From: Flectonema sp. DT1601
Lineage: Eukaryota
Assembly (NCBI GenBank): GCA_964019425.1
Contig: OZ025798.1
Location: 558,001-622,000 of the forward strand
Direction: 5' to 3'
DNA: 64,000 bases
The notes under the pieces were generated by a model that saw nothing but the letters and a program-made list of their open reading frames with translations, was not told the DNA's origin and made no database searches. The translations under genes were made by a program, and so were the position numbers. Positions 53,909-64,000 of this stretch are shown one piece after another. Position 1 is the stretch's first letter. Every line of letters begins with the position of its first letter.

Positions 53909-54209
53909 CCAAATATCTCTTCCAATTTTTTCCCTTAGACCCAGAAAGTAAACGATAGGCTACAATCATTGCTGTGAATGCAACAATAATAATCATACGA
54001 GTACCTTGTGTGGTTGTAGAAAGCTGCTTATCAATTCCATGCCAACAAACATACCTTCTAATAGGATAGTTATATAAGGTAGTCGGCAAATCAAGATACC
54101 CATGCGCGGAACGTACTTAAATCGCTCGACACTACGATGGGTGTGTTGCTACTAACAAGTCATTCAACTCACTGAAGGCTGTCCTACTTAATCTTTTTAC
54201 AAAAATTCA

Positions 54210-55363
54210 TCATTCCACTAAATTAATGAATTCTTCCGATATCGCTGAAGGCGTCATGATGCCGAGATCGGTGTGGAACTGTGCGGTTTATATTGATTGT
54301 GTTGCATCGCAACAATACTACTGGCGGTGGAAAAAAAAAATAATAAAAAAAATAATACACACCCGAGTTATGTATTGCGGTGGAGTGTAATCAACAGATT
54401 GTTTAACGAGGTAGTCACTCGAAACAGAATCATCACACGTTTTAAACTTCGCTTTTCTAGCAGGAGGAAGGTCACTCTGATCAAGAGGATAGAGTTTAGC
54501 AAATTTCAATTTATCAGCACATACACAAACTGGTTTTTTTAACATACTCGCAAGCAGAGCTGTTTGGTATGTACCGACTGTGTTGATGATTCCTCCGTTT
54601 TCCGTGATCACTCCGGCACCAAATAGAACTAAGTCAACATCAGTTAATAAAGAAGCTACAGCAGTATCACTAATTAGTTTTAGGTTTAGAGAACTCTTTT
54701 CTAAAGCTTTTATCACATCGTACCCTTCTCCAGCTGGTCTGCCTTCAGTCACAAGTATGTTTAATTTTATTCCGGTTGTGGCAGCTTCGTCAAGACAATG
54801 AATAACTGTCTTACTGTAACCATGAACCAATATTGTGGAGTTGTTTTTTAGAAATGGGAGAATGCTTTTGCTTATCTATTTTTTTTTTTTTTTTTTTTTT
54901 TTTTTTCCAAGAAATGTCTCGACACACAAAGAGGGGTTTATAAAATAAAATAAAAAAAGGCAATCATACCACCGAACGAGCACCTTGACAAGTCTCATGA
55001 AATACCTCAGCCCTGTCGCAGAGGCACTTTTTTAAAGAGTTAAAAGTCATCGCAAGTTGGGTTTCATTCATGCTAGATATAAACTGATGAAAAATATCAC
55101 AACCACTTACAATCGCTAGACTGTTTACAGATCCTTCCTCATCTTTGTATGATTTCACCGCTTTTCCAATTTCTTCCTCGAGATCCTGATTTATTTATTT
55201 ATTTAATTAATTTTTTTTTTTTTTTTTAAAACTACAAAACTTTAAAAACTGATAAACGCTAAAGAACTAAGAAACATACTTGATACGTTGTGGCTGTGCT
55301 TTCTTTTATTAATTTCGTAAGCCCTTGAACGGCTTCAAGAACTTCTGACTGCTCTGGTTTCAT
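54210..55363 (-). CDS. EIF2B1: Translation initiation factor eIF2B alpha subunit (~293 aa)
   Basis: ILVHGYSKTV, VTEGRP, VITENGGIINTVGTYQTA, KFAKLYPLDQSDLP, VDYTPPQYIT, TDLGIMTPSAIS. Exons 55280-55363, 54970-55185, 54363-54875, 54210-54278. Confidence 0.9.
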
Positions 55364-55500
55364 TGCTGAGTCCAATCTGGGGAGTGGGGGGAAAAAAAAA
55401 AATTTTTTAAATTAAGTAAAATATTTTTATCTAATACAAATTCTGATGTGTAAATGAACAGAAAAAACTGACGGTTTGAAAAGATGAAAATCTTCAATTC

Positions 55501-58500
55501 CTATATTTGATAAATTGTTGTTGAAGTTTTTCGTCTTGGACTCGGTGCTTCAACACCTAATCGACTGTTGCTTGGAATACGAGCCTGAGATTTAAGAACA
55601 TTCTCAGTTTGATATTCTTGCTTTAGAACTGTTAAATATCTGCGATCAGAGGTGCTCATCGATGTCCATTCAAAATCTGCCTTTGACCTGTCACGTCTAT
55701 TAGCCCAGGCCCTTGAATGGCGCTTTGACGGATTTATCTCTTCAGCCAAACTATCCGGAGCAACTGGTTCCAAATTAACAGAACAGAATACGATGACTGT
55801 GTACGCAATACACACTAATGGATTCCATAATACTACTTGTGACGCCATTGATATGAAAGCAGCAATCACACTCTTCTTGATGTCATCGATGTCTGAATCT
55901 TGTGCAATATAAAACCATCCAGATAGGTAAAACAGTACAATAACGAAACTAATGATGTATCCCTTTTTAATACTTGATTGTTGCAGGCTTCCTGCATTAT
56001 ATAATTTAGAAAAAATTCCAACACTAGTAATTGAATTGTATAAGGGAATCTCTTGAAATACTCCAGAAGGAAATCTTTTCATCGCGGTCAAAGTGTTGTG
56101 AAATTTATTATGAACGAGTGAAATTTCATCGGAGAGTCGAGCATCAACAGCGACATTAGCATCTGTAAAAACGATCCCATCGATTCGTACATGAGAACAA
56201 TCAATCAACCTTAATAGCTCTTCCTTTGACTTAACACCTGGCTCCATCACTGGATCCCTAAAAACAACATTACCAAATTGTTCTCTATCGTCTTCAGTTA
56301 GTTGTTCTGCTTGCATTGGAAGTGAGTTGAATCCTTTATCATAGAAGAATGATTTATACCCCCAAGGACTGATGTATAAAGGTAAGTCTGCAGTGCCATG
56401 TAATCCACGGATTTCTGCTGGGGGATATTCACCATCGAGAAGAATGATATGATCACCTTGTTTCAACTCTGGTAAACACGATTCTAACCCAACGAAAGGA
56501 AGAAAGAAAGTTCCAGTTCCATTCAACATAGATCCATTCTTCCAACGAGATGATACCCAAGAAGCAAATGATCTGTTTGATGAGTTTTGAGAGTTTCCAG
56601 GTGGTCCAACGTACAGCTCACCACTGCAATTGGAATCCTGCTGAATAGAAAGCTTTTGATTAACTAAATAAGTTAAATAGTTATTACGAGTCTCAGCAAC
56701 AATATCATCATCAACAAGACCATCAGATGACCCACCAGGTGCATTGCTGTTAATTATTGATGTGGTTGGATGACTTTCAGCTAACGAAACACCTCCTTGA
56801 GATTGAAAAGGATCTAAAGCTGTATTCGGATCATGACGAAATCCATCAGCTGCTGGATATGCAAACAGTCGTAGAGGAACAGTTACTAATTGCTGTTCTT
56901 CTTCAAGAAGATGTTTCGCAAAGGCTCCAGCAGAAATCCCACACTCATGTTTAGCATAATGCCTAGCTACGAGTCTGCCGTATTCGATTGTTTCAAAAAA
57001 CGATCGATCTGCTGATGATGAATGAACTGGAAAAGTCGCATCAAAATACATCGGATGATGGGCAGCTCTAAATATATGAGAAGCCCTAACGAATTCTAAA
57101 TCACAAATAGCATCGATCCCATCTCCCCACATCAATCTGTCTTCTAAATTCTCATCATCATGATGAGCGCAATGCTCTATTGTGGTAGCTTGTTGTAGTC
57201 GAAGCATTTCTCTGTTTTTTTATATTGTCGGGGGGGTTTTTTTTTACTGGTTGGTTAGCAATTTATAGTACTTGTTAAATAAAAACAAACCTATCAATAG
57301 TGGGTGCCTTAGTGTCGTGGTTGTTCAACTCACCACCAGCAGATGATCGCTTGCGGAGATTAAATATCGAAGATGTTCGGCTGCTTTGACGACGAGATGC
57401 GTTGTCAGATTTGTCTTCACTTGCTTGTTGTTCCTCTCGTTTGAGTTGTTTGTTTAGATGTTTGTCACGGAGAGGATCAAATAAAAGAGAAAGAAGATCT
57501 TCAGGACAACAATGAGTGTTGTTATAGACTTTTAGAAATTCCGATTCTTCGGAATATCGCTGTCCGAGAATCTTTTCTGCGTAGTATTGACACCACTCCT
57601 TACCAACATGACGAGCATACACGAGTGTTAGCAAACCGTCTCTTAAGAGAACTGGAGGGTTGATTCCAATTAGGACATAAAACAAGTCAGGATTCTCTGA
57701 AATAACATCCAATATAAATAATGTTGAAGCGAGTTTGAATTCAAATAATACGACTGCCTCACATGCAAGTCTCCATACAGATCTCGTGTGTTCAGCGTTT
57801 GATATCTTATCAAGTATTACTGACTTACCAATAGTTACAGAAGGGTCATTTAGTATACTGTTGACTGTAGAACCTCTAAACATTCCTCCAGGATGAATTG
57901 GTTCATATTGTTGACGTTTTTGATTAATATTGTCTGGTACTCCAGAGCATACTGTAGACCTACGTCTGTAAACAGGAAAGTCTTCAACGTGAGTATCAAC
58001 TGGTGGTGAGTACGGAAGTATACCTGCCGCATACAACCTGGCTGACATCTTGACAGACAGTGCCGCCAGGTATCGACAGTGGGTATCCTCAACATGAGAT
58101 ACCATAATCATTTCAAACAATGAAAAGTCTAACTTGTTACTGTCATCAGTTGCATCAAACAGTACTCTGGGAGCGACAACGTCTCTCACACTTCTCAATC
58201 CTTTTCTCGTGATATTAAAACTCATCATTGACTTCCTCGGTCTCGTGTTGTGAAGAAGAGGATTTTGTTGAGCTGCTTTTTCCTCACCCGGATCATCAAT
58301 TGTGTCTGCGAGTGGAAGTGGAAGCATTTCTTCTTCTTCAATCTCTGAGTGGTTTGGACTCTCTGAGGGAGAATACGAATCCCATATGCTGCCTCTTTTA
58401 TCAGAAGCGTGTTGTTGGTATTCCTCCCGAACTACTTCGGAGTCGTCGGCACATCGAGGATGGAGATGATCACAATCGCTATTAGAATCATCAAACAAGT

Positions 58501-59377
58501 AGTTAGGAATAGCTGTACTGTATTCAACGTATTCATCAAACACTTCATCATCTGGAAGTGGGACAGGCTCAGCAACTAAACCTTGGGGTGCTCCTCTTGG
58601 AATAGTAATCTGATCCTGAAGACTAACCACTTCAGAAACTGACTGCGCAAAGTCTGGAAATACAACAGCATCAGGAGGCTGCTCCGTAACGTCCATAAAG
58701 TGTGATTCACCCTGCATGTCTGAGTGTAATGATACAGTTTCTGTTTCGTCATTTTCTCCACGGACAGGCTCATCTTCTTCTTCTCGAGGAATGTTGAGAT
58801 CTGATATTATATACTTCGAAGACACAGAATTAGGAGTCGGAACACTATTCAAAAAACAGAATCCAGAAACATAACTAGTCATCCAAATAATTACCGCCGA
58901 AACTACAGAAGAGGGACCGATAAACGAACTCATAACCCCCAAGTTTAGCCAAATTGACACGAAGAACGTACCTGTGACGAGAGTTGAGAAAATGCAACAT
59001 CTCTGCAGAGCGGATAACTGCTGATTAAATATTAACATCGCCCAGGGGTGTAGATATTTCAAAGAGTACTTTACACGTGTTTTGAACAGTTTATAACCTG
59101 TGCTGGTCCTCAATATTCCAATCTTCCTTTTTGAATAATAAAGTGCCCTTCTCCTTAGTGATAACCTTTCAAGAGATAGTTCTGTTCCCTCTGTGGGAGC
59201 AGGATATCCGACGTTTTCTTGAATATTTGTATTGCCTAATACAAACCATCCAATTATTCCATCTTCTTCACTAATTTCAGCCAACAACATCACACCTTTT
59301 GCTACAGTCAGTAGCATCACTAGTACTCCAATTGTGATTGAGATAATCTCAAATGATAAAACTAACGAATCTTTCAT
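55501..59377 (-). CDS. Large multi-pass membrane protein of unknown function (~1265 aa)
   Basis: Exons 57291-59377 and 55501-57211 are joined in frame by intron 57212-57290. Hydrophobic segments lie near both ends. Confidence 0.75.
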
Positions 59378-59666
59378 CTTAAGACCTCCTCACTCCTCCT
59401 GCTGAAAATGATAATGATTAGAAAGGTAAATACTCTGCACTCTGGTGTGAAAAGACTCCACTATTATAATCAACGTTTCTATGCTTCATGCTACCACTGG
59501 AGAGGGGAGGAAGAAATGAAATATTAACTGCGTTCAATTATAACTTTTATTGTCTCATATCCTAGAAGGTTCACACAGCCTTCAAACGCATACAATTGGT
59601 AGCAAACTTCTTGGTTAGCAACGTGTGATGTTGACCCGTCGTCGATGATGTATTTCCATCATACAT

Positions 59667-59740
59667 ATCTCAGCGCACTGTTGTTTTAGGGGGTAGGCCG
59701 CTCAGAATGTGAGAATGTATTTACAGTGGTCATCATGAAG
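59667..59740 (-). ncRNA. Weak candidate box C/D RNA
   Basis: AUGAUGA...CUGA...CUGA with a CACUGU/ACAGUG stem next to the boxes. No target recognised. Confidence 0.3.
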
Positions 59741-59745
59741 TTTTT

Positions 59746-60609
59746 TTATTTAATTTCTCCCTCAAGGATTTTCTTCAGTTTTGGACAAATATATTTTTCA
59801 ATAAACTCTACCGCAGAATCAATCCCATTTTCTAAATAAACAGAACCAACAACAGCTTTCAAACAAGTTGAGTAGACACGAATTTTTGACTCTTTTGAAG
59901 TCTCTTGTGTTTTTTCAACCTTCTCCTTAAATGGATAATGTGCTATTGTTCCTGAACCAAGAACCTTACCATAGTAACAGAGACCGTCAAGAAGATGTGC
60001 TGTTTCCAAGTCGGTAAGGATATTTTTTGAGATTGGCAAGTATCCACGTAGGATGCGACTCAAATTCCCATCAGATGCAAGTTCAATTCCCGTACGTAGA
60101 TATTTTTCTGGATATTCGTTTTGAATTTCTAAACCCACCCTTCTTGTGTATAAGTGAATGATTGCTTCTCCAACCTTTGCGATCGCTTCATTGTTACTCG
60201 TTTCGTGAAATGATTTATCAACCATCGGTAATACAGAAATCACGCCATTCGAATCTTTTATATTAAATACACTATTCAGACGTTTCTCTGCTACCGATGA
60301 AAAGTCTTCTGGTAACCACGCTCCTCTAAAGACATTACGAACTGAATCAATATGACCGTATGATGGGATGAGAATGTCATCTCCGTTTGGTAAGTTGTTT
60401 TTTAACGCATTAATCGCTTCTTTTAGGTTTTGCTCATCACTCCTTCGAGATGGCGTGTTACTGCTGTTGTTGTCGGAAATACTCGCAGTTACTAATTCTA
60501 ACATCGACATGTTATCAGATTTGGAATTTTTATTTCGAATCCTACGAAGTCTCGTATCGCATACTCGCCTCGCAGTAAGTGATGATCTTAGTACAACTGA
60601 TCGAAGCAT
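59746..60609 (-). CDS. Degenerate RNase III-domain protein with a mitochondrial-targeting-like N-terminus (~287 aa)
   Basis: Start MLRSVVLRSSLTARR. NNEAIAKVGEAII resembles the NERLEFLGDAVL signature; STCLKAVVGSVYLENGIDSAVEFIEKYI resembles the C-terminal RNase III helices. Confidence 0.65.
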   Translation of the reverse strand: MLRSVVLRSSLTARRVCDTRLRRIRNKNSKSDNMSMLELVTASISDNNSSNTPSRRSDEQNLKEAINALKNNLPNGDDILIPSYGHIDSVRNVFRGAWLPEDFSSVAEKRLNSVFNIKDSNGVISVLPMVDKSFHETSNNEAIAKVGEAIIHLYTRRVGLEIQNEYPEKYLRTGIELASDGNLSRILRGYLPISKNILTDLETAHLLDGLCYYGKVLGSGTIAHYPFKEKVEKTQETSKESKIRVYSTCLKAVVGSVYLENGIDSAVEFIEKYICPKLKKILEGEIK

Positions 60610-60620
60610 TTTATTTGATT

Positions 60621-60654
<34 letters not shown>

Positions 60655-60992
60655 CTGAAATGAAGAGCTGTGTATTATTTCAAAACTTTTCTTAAATTTA
60701 AAAATATTAACCAAAAAAAGAGAGAAGAACAAGTTACAAGCAAACTCCCTAAGATTCAGCCTCGTGTTCATCTTATCTAATTTTTTTTTTTTTCTTTTTT
60801 TTTTTTTTCTGACTCCCGAGAAAAAGAATACAAAAAAAAATTAACAAAAATAATAAACCAACCGTAACAGAATACCAATTAATTGCTTAACAGCAATTCA
60901 CTCACTTGTTTACTTCTTTTTAATGAAGATTTAGTTAGGCAAATTTAAAAAAAAAAAAAAAAAGAAATCCACCTATCTACTACAAGAGAAGT

Positions 60993-61692
60993 TTATTTCC
61001 TTTTTTTAGAAGTAGGTCTCTCAGGAAGGATGCCACGTGGAGCTTTTTCAGAAGTAGGATTTCTGTGAAGGGGAATTAAACCTAAGCTCTCCCGTAGTAT
61101 GTTAGTAGCTGCATAGGACAGATGAGTGTTTAAGATATCGTTGTCAAAGTTTGGTTCAATAAAATCATCACCACTGTCTTCATCCTCAATAAGAAGATTT
61201 CCAGACTGCATTGCAGAGATTCTTTTATCTATTGTCAGTTTAGCTGTACACTTTATAGCTTCTGCGCGAACTTTGTTTGCGATTGCTTGATCTTCCGTTT
61301 CTACTGATTTTTGTGACTCTTTAGTCTCTTCATTCTGATAAAGAGGTTTCATCCCCAACTCAATTCGAAGTTTGTTAGTTTCTTCTATTGATAATGTTTC
61401 ATTAAAGTCTTCATTCTTTTTCACAGTAGCGGATTTGGTAATTTCCTCTTTTGGAACTTCTCTTACGGCGTTGTCATGAAGAGGTCTGTGATGTATTTAT
61501 GAAAACGTATAAAACTTGGCACCATCTTTCGTAAAGATATGTTACATACTTAAGTCCGAGTTTTTCCCTCATTCTATTCGTTTCCTCTACTGATACGGAT
61601 TCTCTGAACGTATCAGTTTTCATTCTTTTTGTTCCTTCTTGTTGAGGTAATCCATCGTCACTACTGCTGCAGACAGACGGTTCTCTTCCCAT
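60993..61692 (-). CDS. Short protein with Snu66/SART-1-type HIND (Hub1-interaction) motifs (~211 aa)
   Basis: SVSVEETNRMREKLGLK|PL, TLSIEETNKLRIELGMKPL, and degenerate LSYAATNILRESLGLIPL. Exons 61550-61692 and 60993-61485. Confidence 0.75.
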
Positions 61693-64000
61693 TATTGGTG
61701 TTACTGGGGATTAAAATGAAAAGATGTTAAACTGTTGGACTTGTAAAATAAAAATACAATTTTTGTTATACAACCATATTAACATCTGCTAAGGATACAG
61801 TTGAACTACGTTATTAATGACTTTTGGAGTGACTTTAGGTTTCGAGAGTTATCTATATATCTCTTACCTCCTCCATCTCACTGAAAGTACTTATTCACAT
61901 AATTGTTTAGCTGTTGTGCAAGTGGGACGTTGATACCAAAAACGAAAGTCATGTGGTCTACACACGATACCTGACCAGTAGGCAGACGATCCTTTACACA
62001 GATGAGTGGTGATAAGTTCTTAGAAGTTTTTTTCTTTTTTTTTTTTTTTGTTTGAATTAAAGAACGGGAAAAAAGAAAATAATTAAAAAAATTACATTCT
62101 TATGTAACTCACGACGCTGCTGTACTTGTAATAATTAGTGCGAGGATTATTAGAACACAAAAATATTAGCGTGGCTTTTTTTTTGTTTTCTGAAATTAGA
62201 GCGGTTTTTTCTGTACAATGATACTTCCTTCGCAAAGCACCGGCTTCTTCGTGCATACAGTGCAGAAATAATAGCGCGTAGAAAGAACACAGCTAGGATT
62301 TCTGGATTTCTGTAAATTTAGCGCGGGTTTTTATCCGCGCAATAATAATTCCAAGTAACGGTAATAAAAGCATTTTCAAGCAGGTGTCACACGAATTTTT
62401 TTTAAAAAACTCTAATTACCAATGGGAATGGCTGCAAAAAAGCAAAAAGAAGAAAAAAAAAGGGGTTTTGGTTTACTCACACTGGTTGCATCTGTTGTTT
62501 TTTTTTTTTTTTTGTTTGCTTTTTACAGCTATTGGTAACAATGAAGAGCAATTGAACCACAAAATAAAGACTTTTAGCGTCACAACTTTACGGGTACAAG
62601 TCTGCACGTCTACGAAGACTAAGTCTCGTTCTAAAAACAAGGGGGGAAAAGAAAAAAAAATAAACAACAACTATTAAAGGACACACCTTGCTAGGGAGAA
62701 ATTTATATTTTGGTGCTAAATACCTTTCTCTAGCGGTCATCAACACCAACAAGCCAAGATAAAAAAATCTCCAAAGAGAAGCCTAATTTACGGAACCGCA
62801 TTATTGTGACAAGAGTCTCCGTGAGAGTAGCTTTTTTTTTTTTTTTTTTTTTTTTAAACGCGGAATAAACAATTAAATTTCATCATCCTACCACTTTCTA
62901 TAGACAATCCAAACCCACTGTATCTGTGCAATAATCATTGAGCGAAAATAATAAATAATAAAAACACGTAATAAAATATAGAAGAAACAAAAAAAACCAA
63001 ACTAAGTGGTTGAAATAGAACATGTTAGGCAAGCTTCCTGATTAACTCAGTGTGAAACTTATATATACGAGAGACAGACAAGAAGTTTAAAGATAATAAT
63101 GTCACAATATTTTTTTCCTAAAATTTTGAATTTACAATATTCGCATCTGCAAACTGAAGTGAATAATCACAGAGGAAACAGAGCAACACAAGGAACCAAT
63201 TGCTTCACGTCAGGTTAACCAGCGAGGCCTATTACGGCACAGACTGAACAGTAAGTGAATACAATGACTCGGAGCAACTAACCACGAGGTAGGAGAAAGG
63301 TATAATACTTGGGAGGACTAATTACATTTTATTAAGCGAAGCATAAACGATACTTTCTAACGAAGGACGACAATCTCTAATTCAATATTGGTATTGACTT
63401 GACAATTCCTCGCAGATTTGCTTTTTGGTATCCTCCGAATTTCTGTTGTTGTTCCATTGTAGGTACATCTCCTTCAGTAAGGTTCATTGAGTCTCAGTAA
63501 CTGTGTCATGTTCCGTCAGAACTTCTTCGTACTTGTGAGTAGTTTCATTGCGTTCGTTGTCGTTATGCGTGAAACCTGATTCTTGAGTCTGATTGATACA
63601 ATGGAGTGACGTAAGACTTAATCAAATACCAAGAAGTACGATAAAAATAACCATGAAATCTATGAGTCATTCAGTGTCACAGATTTAGCAGTGACAATAG
63701 TAACAGGACCCAAAGTCGGGGTCCAAGAGCTGAGAGTTGGTTCGCCTGTAGTGCTGTCAGTTGATCGAGGAAGACCAGCGTTATGAAGTGGTCTCGATTC
63801 GGGAGCAGATCCTCCTAAGCTATGCCTGTATGGCAGCCCGACGGGTTGCGAAGAGACTGAATTCATAATATCTCTACTCTCTGCACTCGCATCTTGAACT
63901 ACTCTGTAATGATAATCATATCGTGTAGCAGGAATTGAACCTGTACTTCCTAACGTGGTACCATATCCAGTGCTGTTATAAGTGTCTCTATGTAACTTTC

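Noticed and set aside
54075..54160. Hairpin with partial LSU complementarity (UUUGCCGACU)
   Set aside because: Only a 10-nt match and no proper box; it lies in the likely eIF2B-alpha 3'UTR.

Overview
AT-rich eukaryotic genomic DNA with about 18 protein-coding genes, all on the minus strand, carrying mostly short GT-AG introns. The strand uniformity, cis-introns and single-hairpin AGA-box snoRNAs suggest a euglenozoan, most plausibly a diplonemid (inference). Recognisable genes are SEH1, casein kinase 1, RABL2, eIF2B-alpha, an EF-hand/polycystin-2-like channel, a ~3,320-codon ankyrin + polycystin-type channel interrupted by one in-frame TAG, a degenerate RNase III-like protein and a short Snu66-type HIND-repeat protein. 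The main hidden content is non-coding RNA. (1) The 122-bp 'satellite' in SEH1 intron 3 is 16 tandem copies of an AGA-box pseudouridylation guide predicted to target LSU helix 89, with a 17th copy alone in intron 1. (2) The partly duplicated region between RABL2 and eIF2B-alpha is a snoRNA cluster of AGA-box guides, C/D guides and an snR30/U17-like RNA, with a nearby hairpin carrying an 18-nt LSU antisense element. rRNA and SL target sequences are recalled from conserved eukaryotic consensus and must be checked against this species' own RNAs.
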